From contig NW_024704743.1 in NCBI RefSeq assembly GCF_018977255.1, positions 36,830,001-36,894,000 of the forward strand: a stretch of 64,000 nucleotides of DNA, given 5' to 3'. The position numbers and the translations under genes were made by a program. This stretch comes from Callorhinchus milii (taxonomy: Eukaryota). Under the pieces are notes generated by a model. That model saw only the letters and a list, made by a program, of their open reading frames with translations. It had not been told where the DNA came from and did not search any database. Shown one piece after another: positions 1 to 13,823 of this stretch (positions are counted from its first letter, which is position 1; the number at the start of each line of letters is the position of its first letter).

Positions 1-411
1 TGTTATGATTATGAATTCTCAATGACCAAGTAGATTTGTTTTAAAGAATTCACATCTCCCAGTCTGGCCACAGTTACAGAAAATACGTGTTGAACATCTT
101 GATACTTGTGCAGACAAAAAAAATCCAGTTGTACACATACCAGTAGTTATGATAATAATCCTTGCATTTGATATAGAGCCTTATCACGTTGTGGAGACAT
201 CTCAAAGTGCTTCACAGAATATACTGTAAAGTGAAGTGACTGTTTTGGGGGCAAAAGTTGTCTGTGTTCCTGGGGACATGATTTACAAGTGGGTAGCGAC
301 TAGATCATCTCACCTGGAACTTGGCAAAAATGCATACCATTTTTTTCCCAGAGTTTCACACATCACACCCACTTCCACATTGGAGCTGATACGGTCATGT
401 GGATAGTTGTC

Positions 412-653
412 AATAATAATAATAATAATCCTTGCATTTGATATAGCGCTTTTCACGTCGGGAGGACGTCCCAAAGAGCTTCACAGAACACACTGTAAAG
501 TGAATTGACTGTATATTTGTGGGCGAACGCGGCAGCCAATTGCGCACAGCAATGTCCCACAAACAGTCGTAGATTGAAAATTACCAATTTATTATTGGTT
601 TTGGTTTTGGAGGGATTATTATTAGGCGTGTGGAGTAAGGAAACCTTGCCCAA
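412..653 (-). mobile_element. 5'-truncated tRNA-Ala-like SINE (short subtype)
   Basis: Reverse complement of the 19020-19257 body and tail. A further tail fragment lies at about 152-245. Confidence 0.9.
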
Positions 654-1569
654 TGCAGATAACTAGAATTCTTTTGTATTGAGAAGTGATGTTTCCAAGA
701 CAATGTGTACCGATCAAGAACATTTGTGCTTTGCGTACCCCATCATAGGGAATAGTAAGCATTGCATGCAGGTACCACAAGACTATGGGAGATGTTGATT
801 CAAATCTCCCTGTATACAAAAAAGAAACACTTGATATAGTAGTGGTGGATTATTTTCTGAGCGGCCCATAAATATACATTTTGCTAGGGCCTTCTACCAC
901 TCTGCCTTTACCCTCTGGAACTCCACCCCGCAATCCTTCCACCTCGCCCCCTCCCTTGCCTCCTTTAAGACCCATCTCAAGACCCTCCTCTTCGACCGTG
1001 CTTCCGATCACCCTCCTTCCCCCCCTCCCTCCACCTTCCCTAAGCCCGACCCCCAGCTTGGGTCCAAAACATCGACTGTCCAGCGCCTTGGGACATCCTC
1101 CTGACTCTTAAAAGGTGCTATACAGATGTAATTTTGTTGTTGTAGTGGTAATTGTTGTTTTGAAGCAATGAAACCCATAATCTCTAGAAATGGTACACAA
1201 GATCTCTGGTGACAGAGGACCTTGGAAATTTTAAGTTTGCGGAAGAGTTGACCTTTAAACACGACATTTACCTGTTTAATCTCCTGAAGCAAATATTTTT
1301 GCTGATAAGAATCCAAGAAATCATGAAAGATCAGTGAAATGGTCAAGATCCATGCGTAGGTTTAGTAGATCAATGGAATATACTCATAGAGAATAAGTTC
1401 TTCTTAATGCATCTTCTGATGTGTGTTCATGTCTAATATCTCAGAAAAACATTCAGTGTAAAAAAATTATTGCAGATTGATTACTGCCTTATTTGACTCC
1501 CATGTGTCTTTCAAACCCCAAATCCCACTCAACTTTTCCTCACTTCTGAAAATTGCCTCCCTCAGCTAC

Positions 1570-1900
1570 TACGTGGAGTTAGCTCAGTGGTTACAGCGCT
1601 CGTTTAGCCCGGCAGGGCGAAATGTTGGGTAAGTTTCCTTACTCCACACGTCTCTGTTTATCTAGAAGTAAGTAGGAACCCGGCTGTTCCTACTTACTTC
1701 TAGATAAACAGAGACGCCTTCCCTCCTTAACAAAAATAATAAATTAGTCACTTCAATCCACGACTGTCGTGGGACACTGCTGTGCGCAATTGGCTGCCAT
1801 GTTTCCTCCACAAAATAGTCAATTCACTTTACAGTATATTCTGTGAAGCATTTTGAGACGTCACAAAGACATGATATCAGCTGCAAGGATTATTATTATT
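1570..1900 (+). mobile_element. tRNA-Ala-like SINE (long subtype), B box deleted, with internal fold-back palindrome
   Basis: A box TAGCTCAGTGG, body GGGTAAGTTTCCTTACTCCACACG, shared tail and (TTA)n. Confidence 0.85.
1649..1716. repeat. Perfect 31-bp inverted repeat with 6-nt loop
   Basis: CGTCTCTGTTTATCTAGAAGTAAGTAGGAAC-ccggct-GTTCCTACTTACTTCTAGATAAACAGAGACG, checked base by base. Confidence 0.97.
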
Positions 1901-1939
1901 ACAACAAAAACTTGCATTTATATAGCTCCCTCTCCCTCT

Positions 1940-2592
1940 CTCCTTGAGCTGCCGAAACCCTCAACCACCTATTTATCATGCCCAAGCTTGACTACACCAA
2001 CTCTGTTTGCCGGACTCCCCAGCTCTTCCCAACACAAGGTGCAGACCAGCCAGAACTCTAGAACCTGTGTCGTCTTCCATACGAGGCTCCACACATCTAT
2101 TACCTCTGTGCTTGCTCAGCTCCACTGGCTCCCCATCCTCCATATGCTCCCCTTTATATCCTTCCACGGTCTCACCCCATCCTATTTCTGAGACTTTGTT
2201 CAACTTTACTGACCAGGCCACTCCCTTCATTCACCAAGCACTCGCCTGTTTCATGTCTCCACCCTATCCATCCCATCAGCAGCGTGAAGGCTTTCAGGCA
2301 TTCTGCCCTGCCTTGGGACATCTTCCTGACGTGAAAGGAGCTATACAATGTAATTTTGTTGTTGTTCTTGCCACTCTCGCTGTCTGTAATTCCATCCCAG
2401 AGGCCCGCCGACTCAATCCTTCCCTTTCCTCTTTCAAGGCATATCTCAAAAGGTGCTTCATTGACTACACTTGTCAGTTTTCCCCTTTCCACCCCCTCAG
2501 TTCCCACCCCCAGCTTAGGTGCCCATCCAGCACTGTGAAACATCCTCCCCGCAGAAAAGAAAAGAAGTCTATAAATGTAAAGTGTGTTGTAA
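1940..2592 (+). mobile_element. Degraded L2 LINE 3' fragment with a second L2 tail nested at about 2300-2370
   Basis: FAGLP...HKVQ..QNS...ITSVLAQLHWLPI motif and L2 3' UTR. Confidence 0.8.
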
Positions 2593-2666
2593 TGAAAGGA
2601 CTAGCAAACAGACAGTTATGTATATTAAACATGTTTTTTTGTGCTTTGTAGATTTTTGTGTCAACC

Positions 2667-3085
2667 TGGCTCAGTTGGTAGTACTCTCACCTCTTGAATC
2701 AGAAGGCTGTGGGTTCAAGCCCCGCATTGTGACTCGGAATTAGTATCATGTATGCTGGCACTCTGTTGCAGTGCTGGGGATGTGCTGCATTGTTGAAGGT
2801 GCCATCTTTTGGATGAGCTATTAAATTGAATTCCCATCTGCATGTCTAGGTGGACATTAAAGAACCCATGCCACTATTAAAAAAAAAGTTATTTCTCCAG
2901 ATGACCTAGCCAACAAATCCTCAAATATAATTGGTCACTCCCTCCGTGACTGTTGTGGGACATTGCTGTGTGCAAATTGGCTGCCGCATTCAACCATAAA
3001 TTGACAGTATATCACTTACAGTAAATCTTATGAAGTGCTGAGACAACAGTGACATAAAGTGCTATATCAAGTGCAGCAATTATAT
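2667..3085 (+). mobile_element. Deu-domain SINE (SacSINE1/AmnSINE1-like), full length
   Basis: tRNA head TGGCTCAGTTGGTAG...GGGTTCAAGCCC, Deu-like core GTGCTGCATTG...GGTGCCATCTTTTGGATGAG...AGGTGGACATTAAAGA.CCCATG, and the same L2-type tail. Family name from recall. Confidence 0.75.
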
Positions 3086-5479
3086 TTTTTCTCTAATTTG
3101 TGTCAAAGGCTATTTTCAAATACATTAAATATCAAATCACCCATACCTTTAATTTATAGAGAACCAACTCCATCTTCAGTAACCATGGTACTCCAAAGTC
3201 AAAGGTCTGTTAGAAGAGTTTGCAGACTGACGTATGTGGAAAACTCCAACTTAATATAATTGAATTATGGGGTCTTTCTGGGCCACAAGTTTCAATACCA
3301 TATCAGGCAGTGTTGATTCTTGAGCCATCTAGTTTTCGTTATTCATGGTGTGCAACTTGCAGTCAATAATTTGTGAAGTTTATAATAAACTTACTTTACA
3401 TCACTTGAGAGATAAGTCAGTGCATACCTATCTTTTGTACATTAGAGACCAATAATAATTTAATCACTCAATCCATGACTGATTGTGGGACCCTGCTGTG
3501 CATAATTGGCTGCCACGTTTCGCCCATAAAATACAATTACAATATATTCTGTGAAGTGGTTGGAGACGTCTCAACAGTGTGATAAGATGCTAGATCAAAT
3601 GCAAGGATTGTTATTATTATAGAGGTAGCATAAATACATATTGGGAGGGCTTGGTACTTTTTCTCTTAAGCCAAAAAAGCTAAATCCTTCAAACAGGCCC
3701 TAAAATGACCTCTTATTGTTGACTGGAAAAACAGGATCTCAGGCTTTAAAGCGCAGTGATCCTTGATTGGCAAACACAAAAACTGTAATTTAGCAATCTG
3801 CCAATGAAGTAATTAATTTCAAGCAGCATAACACTTATGTACTGGAGCGACTCTGACTTTGAAAAAATTCTGTTTGCATGAGGATACAATCTACACAGAT
3901 TATAATGTTTTTTTTAAAAAAAACATCGCTCAACCCATTTCGACTGGATAACAAAAATGGCTGTTAGCAACAGGATTCACCAACAGAAACAAATTCACTA
4001 AGGGGAATCCTGCCAGTAATCAAGAGTCCAAAAGAACCGAATGTACATCACAGGATTATTGCATGTTGTCCAATAACAAAAGGCAGGTTATTGGTAGGTT
4101 TCTGTTGTAATAATCCATTTGATATAGCACCTTATCTCATTATCAAGACATCTCAAAACGCTTCATAGAATATACTGTGAAGTGAATTGACTGCATATTT
4201 TGTGGGTGAAATACGGCAGCCGATTGTGTACTGCAATCTCTAATCATGGATTGAGTGACCAAATTATTATTTTGAAGGGAATCATCTGTCTTGCTATGTG
4301 AATCTCATAATGAACCTCCACACCTATTGAGAAATTCAATTAATTAATCTCTTCCCTCCAACCAAAAAAAGCTTAAGGTTTCTCTGCAAGAAGAGGATTT
4401 TAAGTTAGCAGTTTTGCAATAAAAAGGTTTATGCAACACAAGGGACATTTCTACATTGTTCCTTTTTCTTCACGCATCATTCCCTAGCTAAGAAGCGCTT
4501 GCCAATGTCACTCTGTGCCTAACTGAGGTATTATGAACCTTTCAAGGTCTGTCTCAAGACTTCCTCTTTGAGCTTACCTTCAGTCATCTTTCCCCTCACC
4601 ACCTACCCCCAACTCAGATGCCAAGCCCTTTGAGACGTCCTGCTGATTGAAAAACATTATATAAATGTAAATTTGCATTGTGTTATGTAGTAGGTGCTCA
4701 AAAGTAATACATGTGCAAGTTCTTGATACCAAGGTTAAAATCCCTTCCCAAAAAAGGGAACTTGCATCATAAAATGTTGGAACTCCTCATTGGGTTTAAC
4801 GATCAGCGATCCTTAATCAGCATAAACACAAATACTGAAATATTAACAATCTGACACTTAGATGGATTTAAAGCTGCTTTCGACCCAGGCAACTGCACTT
4901 TTTGGCAAACAATTCTTAATTAAGATTTGGGTATTCCTTTAAGTGAAGATTGATTGCATTGGCTCTCATGATTGCAGAATTGATCCATAATTGGATAATT
5001 TTTTTCCATTTTTCATTTCCATTGATAAATGTTTTCCATAGAAAAAGCAAAATGACTTCATGTGAGAAAACAGCAGTCTGTAGTTCAACCTATACTTACT
5101 TTTGTACAGCTTCACCCATGACATAAAATGTTCGTTCTGTATACTGCATTTATCCAGAAACATTGCATTTATTGAATCTTCTTATAAAAGCAAATATAGG
5201 TGCAAGCCTCTTATTGGGAGTTTGAACCTAGTCTAGTCTAACACTTCAATGCAGTGCTTGGGGTGCACCACATTGGTGGAAGTACCATCTTTCGGATGAG
5301 ATGTAAAACCAAGATCCTGTCGCCTCTTCAGGTGCAATTAAAGATTCCATACCACAGCTGTGCAGGTGTATTGCAAGTAAACTCAAGTCTAACCTATGTG
5401 ATTAAAATCAACTCATTTAGGCCGATACCATTTAGAAAGATGTATGTCCACTTTAGGACTCCAGTTGATGATCTCTTTG

Positions 5480-5690
5480 GGCAGAACAAGGTTAACCCCC
5501 TAGTTGAGCATCTGGAAAAACAAAAACTAGTAACTGAGATGCACAGAGTAACGAGCAGGCCTTGTGCATCGGCAAGTGATTCAATGAGCTTGGAAGCATT
5601 CTAAAGAGCTGACAAATCTGCAAGATAAGAAACCGAAAATTGTTGGTAGAGTGGAGCAAAGCTTCAATGATTGATGCAAGGACAGAAGAA
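5480..5690 (+). mobile_element. Possible highly decayed CR1 RT fragment
   Basis: LVEHLEKQKLV...RPC and VEWSKAS loosely match EHLE..LI..SQHGF..GRSC and LDFSKAF in the right order. Confidence 0.35.
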
Positions 5691-7504
5691 CCACTACATT
5701 CAAGCTCTGGAAGGTGGTGGAATTCTAAACCACTGGTCCCAGTAATGACACAAAAACACTTTGCTCAGGGTGAGGAAGTGTTAACTGATCAGTATCTAGA
5801 ATTTCTGAAATGCAATGACGGTTTCAGTACTGGAAGATCTTAAATTTAACTGCATATGTTAACCAATATGCAAAACAGTGTTAAAAATTGAATGAAAAGA
5901 TAGTACAAAGTACTATGGGTGGGGTGGGGGAGGGTGAAGAAATATTCAGCCAAACCTGAAATTAAAGGTGGCTTAGGGGGTAGGAAAACTCAACAGCAAA
6001 AGGAAAAAATCACACAGGTGTACTTCTAAGTGTATAGCACAAACAATCATGCAATGTATGGCATTATTACATCTCATTTTCCCCCCAGGAAATGATTTAC
6101 TATTGCAAGCCATTGTGTGGAAGACGTGAAATAATTTGGATCCATGAGCAAAGGGGCAAAAGGAACTAAGAACCATGATTTTCCAATCATTCACAAAAAA
6201 TATCCACTCAACACAGAGCTAATTAATGCCTGAATTCAGAGATAGGAGACTTGGAAGTCGAGGTACTGAGCAGGGTATAAATGGTTACACAAAAAGAATT
6301 GCAGAAAATTTCAGCAAAGGGTTATAATTATTCTCCAGGTATAAAGTATTTGAGTTGGTATTCTCTCAAATTATTTCCAGGCTATTGCTCCAGAATTCAA
6401 TTTTCTAAAAGGAATTATAAGCAAATGCTCTCTCAAGCAACCATCTTCAAATCCAATTCCAGAAGATCTTGATTATGTTCAGACATTCCTCCTTCACCTT
6501 TTGAGCTGTTCATTTTGTCGAATAAGAGCTGGCAAATCACAAACGTGGTAGGTCCTTCCATTTACGGAAGCTTTTCTTGCCAGGCAAGCAATTATGCAGA
6601 CCTTCTGTGATTTTTGGGAAATGGTCCCCCGCCCCCAAAAAACATGAAACCATCGCAAAACTTTGACAAAGATCCGGCAAGATTCAAACATGAATTATAT
6701 TGGTTTAAATAAATTTTAAGTTTCTAAATTTCAGTGAACATCAACCACAAAGAATTCAGAGTTCAGACTCTACAACTTATTTTGTAATAGGTTAAGGTTA
6801 TTTATATTAGTCAATATCAAAAGGTGTGATCCTTCTCAAACCAGATTGCCCAACATTTCTTCCTGTAAAACGTAACTATTTATACCAGCATCAATATTGT
6901 TAATGTTCCCGTCAGTAGCCTCATTACCACTACCAAAAAGTGAACTGTTCCAACGAATTCTGCATCTGCAGAGCACCACATTTCTCTCCTTTAGTCAACA
7001 AAGTGGGGAAAGAGGAGGTGGCTTTCCTAACCTTGATACTGTAAATAAATCAACTGTTTTATATGTAAACATACAACACTCAATTAAGAATTCTATTAAA
7101 TGGAGACTGCAGTGCTAAGACACTTGTTTCACGAAAGTGAGTTTGGCAAATTTTGTTTTGGGTGGGAAGAGAAGAAAGCCATGCAGCTTTTTAAAATCAT
7201 CACACACAAGTCATTAATTATGCCTTTTAATGTGAATTACATTACATTGCGTTTAAGAAAATGAAAAAGGGCTTGCCAAAATTTGAAGACCTTGCCCCCT
7301 TTACAATAGACTTCTAGAAAAATGGGTTGACCATAATTGATCCACTGCACAAATGAAACATCCTATAGAAATATTATAGGAACTGCCAACCACTTTTATT
7401 CAACCAACTTACACACTTGAAAATTATGTAATACGAGACAAACGATTCCTTAAACCTACGTATCAACTTAATAATGGTACCCTGGTAATTAAATCACTCA
7501 ACCA

Positions 7505-8286
7505 CAAAATGAAATAAGTCCAGTTTAATTCGGTTTGGCCATTCTACAACCGCATATTTCATGAAGCATCTGCATTGCAGCAGGATACAATAGTTCCTTT
7601 TTAGGGAGGGGATGGGACAAGTGTCCTCTCAAACTATTACAACCATGGTAGAAATGGTAACCATGGTAGAAATGACCTTACAATCCCCCCAAAAATCCCC
7701 AAATGAAGCAATATTGATCAAACATTTCATTCTACCTGCTTACATTTTTCAGCGTAATAAAAGTAACTGCAATTGGACTTGTCTAATTTTACATTTTTAT
7801 ACAAAAGCTACACAATGTTACACTTCAGAATACAATTAATCTATTTGAATTAGTGTTCTACACAATTACTTGTTTTTAAAAATCAGAAACTGTTGTATTA
7901 TTACCACTATAACGTAACACTACAAGACTATGTTAAAAGGAATATGTATTACTGGTCTAATCTACTTCAAAGCAAGCTACATCAGTACCATTACGGAGAT
8001 TAAAAAAATAATAAAAAAGTTAACAGGCAAGGCTAGGGTTTTTAATAAGTTCCATCTCTTGATCCGATCTTGAGCATTCTTGAAAAATAAGCAGCCATTT
8101 CCAAATCCATTCTCTTTGATACTCCGACCAAAAGGACCAGAACAAAAAGTTTACTTTGACTGTTCCCATAGGAAACTCAGCTTTTTGTTAGTGTGTCAGG
8201 CACTTTCTGAGATACTAGCCCACCCCTCGAGCCCTCTCAGCAATTCTACAGGCCAATCACAATGCAAGTTCATTCAGACAGTACAA
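7505..8286 (-). other. ctnnb1: ctnnb1 terminal exon 16 (3' UTR)
   Basis: Starts with a block I recognise as near-identical to the human CTNNB1 3' UTR (AACTTGCATTGTGATTGGCCTGTAGA...GAGAGGGCTCGAGGGGTGGGCT...). AU-rich; 3' end approximate. Confidence 0.8.
7524..7529 (-). terminator. Polyadenylation signal ATTAAA
   Basis: GAATTAAAC on the minus strand, followed by a GU/U-rich tract (TTTTGTGGTTGAGTG). The context ATGCGGTT...GAATTAAAC matches the recalled human 3' end. Confidence 0.65.
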
Positions 8287-8475
8287 CTGCAAAAAAAGAA
8301 AAAGCAAGATTAAATAACAGTGGAAATGTAATAGCAAATTATAATATGCATTTCATTGAATTAGATGGCTTGGTTAACATAGTTTAAAGCACAATTTGCA
8401 TACCAGTTAGGTAAACTGCACACCAGTTATGTAATAAAGTTAACAAATGATCCCAACTTTTAATTATAATCTTAC
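8287..8475 (-). other. ctnnb1: 3'-UTR intron of ctnnb1 (proximal acceptor form)
   Basis: Donor TAG|gtaaga 18 nt after the stop codon; acceptor ctttttctttttttgcag| at 8287. Human CTNNB1 is known to have a 3'-UTR intron here. Confidence 0.8.
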
Positions 8476-8493
8476 CTATTATGCAGGTTATAT

Positions 8494-8702
8494 TTACAGA
8501 TCTGTATCGAACCAGGCCAGCTGATTACTGTCACCTGGGGGCAGCCCATCCATTAAATCCTGGGCATGTCCAAGATCTGGCAGCCCATCAACAGGATACT
8601 CAGCACCAGGATGGTGTCCACCCATATCATGCTCCATCATCGGGTCAAGGCCCATGGGGTCCTGGCCATATCCGCCTGAATGGTAAGAACGAAAGCTCGG
8701 AT
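8494..8702 (-). CDS. ctnnb1: ctnnb1 exon 15 coding part (209 nt including TAA); exon continues to donor at 8476
   Basis: [25 protein letters not shown]...[11 protein letters not shown]; acceptor ctag| at 8703. Confidence 0.97.
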
Positions 8703-9357
8703 CTAGATTCACAAAAAAAAGGGCAGGTAACAAAGGAAGTGAGGAGGAGAGGGAAATAAAAGGATAACACGAACAAGAAAAATCTATAAAGTTCGCAAAT
8801 ATCAAAGTGGGAAAATATTTCATATCCTCAGTTTGCAGTAAATCTGGCAAAGTGGAGAAGTATTACAGGCCAAGGCTAAATTACTTGACAAATACTCCAT
8901 TGTTCTGAACAGAATGGCCTTTTTATAACAATGGCTGCACATATACAAAGCACATTGTAGTCAACAGATTCAATAAACCACATGAGCTATGATAATACAG
9001 TACAGAAACGAAAGATGAATTATTGTGGTAGACATCACTTTTACAAACTTGAAAACTAATACTGATCTGAATTATAAAGTCAGTACATTGCTACATCCAC
9101 ATTAGTTGAATTCAAGTCTGAGAATCAGAATTTACCTCACAAACGTGACCTCACAGAGGAGGAAACTAAAAGCCTATAAGTATGAATATGTAATTAAGAA
9201 TAAAAATAAAACTAATCTGAAGAAACAATCTCAGTAAGAGCACATAAAAATTTATATTAGTTATCCTCCATGGGTTGAAGATAGGAAGTGGCGGAAGTAA
9301 GCGGGTTCACCTTGGAACTCAACTTACAACTCCAGTAGTTATTCTAGTTATTCTTGT

Positions 9358-9421
9358 ATGTATGTGTGTGTGTGTGTGTGTGTGGTGTGTGTGTGTGTGT
9401 GTGCGTGCGTGCATGTATGTG
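9358..9421. repeat. (TG)n microsatellite in intron 14
   Basis: Interrupted TG run seen directly. Confidence 0.9.
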
Positions 9422-10364
9422 AGTATCTATTTATCGAATCAAAAATTGTTGAAGATTAGTCTTTAACATAAGTTTTCGCCCACAAACATACAGTCAATTC
9501 ACTTTACAGTATATTCTGTGAAGCGCTTTGAGACTTCGAGAAGACGTGAAAAGCGCTATATCAAATGCAAGGATCATTATTATAATTAACAATGTTCCTT
9601 AATAGAGGTCCTGCCAGCAACATCACAGTTGTAAACCAAACAAGGAGCTCATGATACACTTTACAGTTGGTTTAGCCACCAATAACAGGAGAGAAATAGA
9701 ACAGGAGGTGGCCGCTAAGCATGTTGAGTATGTTCGTGGGCAATTGACAAACCGCACAGACCTGGGCTAACATCAGACTAAAATACCTAATGTAATCACA
9801 TGATACACAATTGTGTCACCCCATCAATGCAATTTCCATGTTGGAATCTTTGCACGAATGACGAGGGAAATCAGAACATCCTGTAAGGCAAATGAAGCAG
9901 CAACACGTTTTAATGTCAGTGCCAGTTTTGTACTATTCTTCTGGTCACCGCATTAAACAAAGACTTTATTAGGGTTTTTTGACACTGAAGATTGTGTATT
10001 ATATCCTGCCAATCTAAGAAGGGAAGTAAACCCTTCTCTCCTTTCTCGTACCCAGCTTTAATGGTAAGAAGCTGCTGTCTATACAAGTTAAATGTGTTTC
10101 TATGGAGGAAATGACATCGGTGGCAACCTGATGACCCAGAAACCAGTCATATTGCTGCATAACCAGAGCCCGCATTTTGGAATTTGGAAGCCAACGACAG
10201 GGTCTTGTACATGAACCCACATCGATAATACTACACAACTCGGATCCTACAAATCATAGCTTAAGTGCATTGTTCTCACAACTATTAGTTCTAACCATTC
10301 TCTGGAACCAAACAACTTGGCAAACCATAATACAAAGCTGGCTGCTAAATTAAAATAAACATAC

Positions 10365-10425
10365 CATCCTGACGGTAGCCAAGTGGTTCTCCTTGAGCTC
10401 CCATGTCAATTCCAATATCTCCTGT
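10365..10425 (-). CDS. ctnnb1: ctnnb1 exon 14 (61 nt)
   Basis: TGDIGIDMGAQGEPLGYRQD; acceptor ttttcttcaacag|, donor G|gtatgt. Confidence 0.95.
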
Positions 10426-11233
10426 CTGTTGAAGAAAAAAATATTTGTATAACCTATTTAAACTGCTATTTGAAATATCCCTTTCTCAGGAATTCAGTCT
10501 AGCAAAAGCCCATTTTATGGAAAAAGGTTTAGATGCAAAGATGCAAAGAAATTCTTGAGATTTATTTTAATAAGAAAAACTAAAAATGCTCAAAATCTGT
10601 TTAATATTTTAACCATTAAGAAATGAAACGGGTGGGCTGGTGGAATTGACCTCTATCTTATATACAAATTTCCCCCCAGCTCAGTTTCAGATCGGATGCA
10701 GAGTGATCTCTAAAACTGCAACTTATTTTATCTTTTGGGTGCTATGCTGATTGAACTACTGTAGTTTCTTAACATTTGTTTCTAGTTAAAACGTATTCAA
10801 TTGGCTGCCGCATTTCGCCCACAAAACATAGTCACTACACTTTACAGTATATTCTGTGAAGCACTTTGAGACGCCTCGAAGACATGACAAGGCGCTACAT
10901 CAAATGCAATTATTATTATTAACAGATTTCCTTTTTTGTTTTGCCAATTTCCTCCCTCCTCTTTTGAAAGCATCAAACTGTAGCTGTGAAAGTACCACTT
11001 TCCTGAGTGAGCCTTGCCAGCAAATTTAATATGGTACTCGAAGGCTAAAGTTAATTGTAATACTGATACTATTTCTCCAAATTTAAACAGCTTACTCAGC
11101 AGACTGTGAATCAAGCCTGGAAACTTCTGGTTTGTGCGGTGTAAAGCTACACCAAAGATATCTTCATCCACTTTGTCATCAGAACCACCCCCACCCGCAA
11201 TCCCAAGATAAGCAGATGAGTACTATCTAGTCA

Positions 11234-11428
<195 letters not shown>

Positions 11429-11962
11429 CTATTCTATCCATTACATTAAAAAGGTCACCATTAAAGAATTCAAAACCACACATTTGGGACATACAACGCA
11501 ATATGAAATCAGGTTGAATAAGCAATTTGACCAGTAGGAAACCAGCAGAAATAACAAATGGAAATAGACATAAATCTTGAATTATATAACCAACTCTAAA
11601 ACAATGTTACAAATCAGGCTTTAATTCGGTACTGCGGCTAATTCAGTATATTAATGATTACTTGCAGTATAAATCATAAATTTCCCAGCACTATGAATAT
11701 TTCCCAGGACCAAATTTAGGAAGTCATCATCAATGCAAGACTTCAATGGGCACGATTCATTATTGGGTTGCGGGACTTAATGGCATTTTTCTAAGCACAG
11801 AACGGCACAACAGCAATCTGCAAATGATAAAATTCAAGGTGGTTTTCAACATATCCCAGTTATTCGCTCCTAAAAGGCCTTTGTAGAAAGGAGTACATCA
11901 CAGCCAAAGAGAAATTGCATAATCCAGCATCTACCCAACCTAAACAGTTTCTGTGTATGTTA

Positions 11963-12142
<180 letters not shown>

Positions 12143-12613
12143 TTATTAGCAAATATCAAAACTATTTCATCTAAAAACTATTATTCAATGTGACATACAA
12201 ACAATGCTCATGGGAATCAATAGTGCTGAGGTCAAAACAAGCATTATTACTATGACCTTGATTTAAATGCTCTGAGATTCTACCCTTGCTATATAAGTGC
12301 AAATTGTTGTATTATTAAACCATCCATAAAATTAACATTGTTGATTTTCGAATACGTTGGCCATTACTGACAATTTATTTTAAAGAATTCAAAATGACAG
12401 TTTAGTTCTGGTACAAGAAGGAAGCTCTTTTCTTGCTGCATAAAAGACACCAGCATTCCAAAAAGCAAAAGTATTTTTGAGTCTGGCTCAATTGGTAGCA
12501 GTCTTGCCTCTGTCAGAACATTGAACTCAGTTCAGAAGAATGAGCACTTTGGGAAAGGAAAATGGGCACCTGGCACAATTGTAACAGTACCACATCAGAA
12601 GTTAATTACATTA

Positions 12614-12769
<156 letters not shown>

Positions 12770-12932
12770 CTACAAAACAAGACACATTTGAATCTGTATA
12801 CAGTACAAATTTCTATTCTACATTGCAAACACAAAATTTTCCTGTATATAAACTTTTGCATATTAGCTGTTCAGGCATTTGCCTAGATTGCACTTTCATG
12901 TTTCATCAATTATATTTTGCAAAGTGCGTTTA

Positions 12933-13142
<210 letters not shown>

Positions 13143-13355
13143 CTAAAAAAAGTAATACATTTATTAATGCATGAGAGATACCTTATTTTTAACTACTAAT
13201 AATGATGCAATGATAAAAGAGCAACTAAAGTAGTTTTTCAAAATCTTGCAGTAAGTAAACTTTAATGGGCATAATGTGCAATTTTCAGCCTAAAAATTGT
13301 CATTTTATATGTCAGCCTGGTTGGTAGCCTTCTGGGTCAGAATCGTGTGGGTTTA

Positions 13356-13823
<468 letters not shown>

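Noticed and set aside
453..653. Recurrent 66-aa ORF MGK...LWDVLPT (also at 19020 and 54775)
   Set aside because: It recurs only because it lies in SINE copies, and the frames differ between copies.
1..7000. Terminal exon of ULK4, expected convergent to ctnnb1 from human synteny
   Set aside because: The only hint is LEILSLRKS* near 1222-1251. It has an in-frame stop just upstream and no polypyrimidine acceptor, so it is not supportable without tBLASTn.
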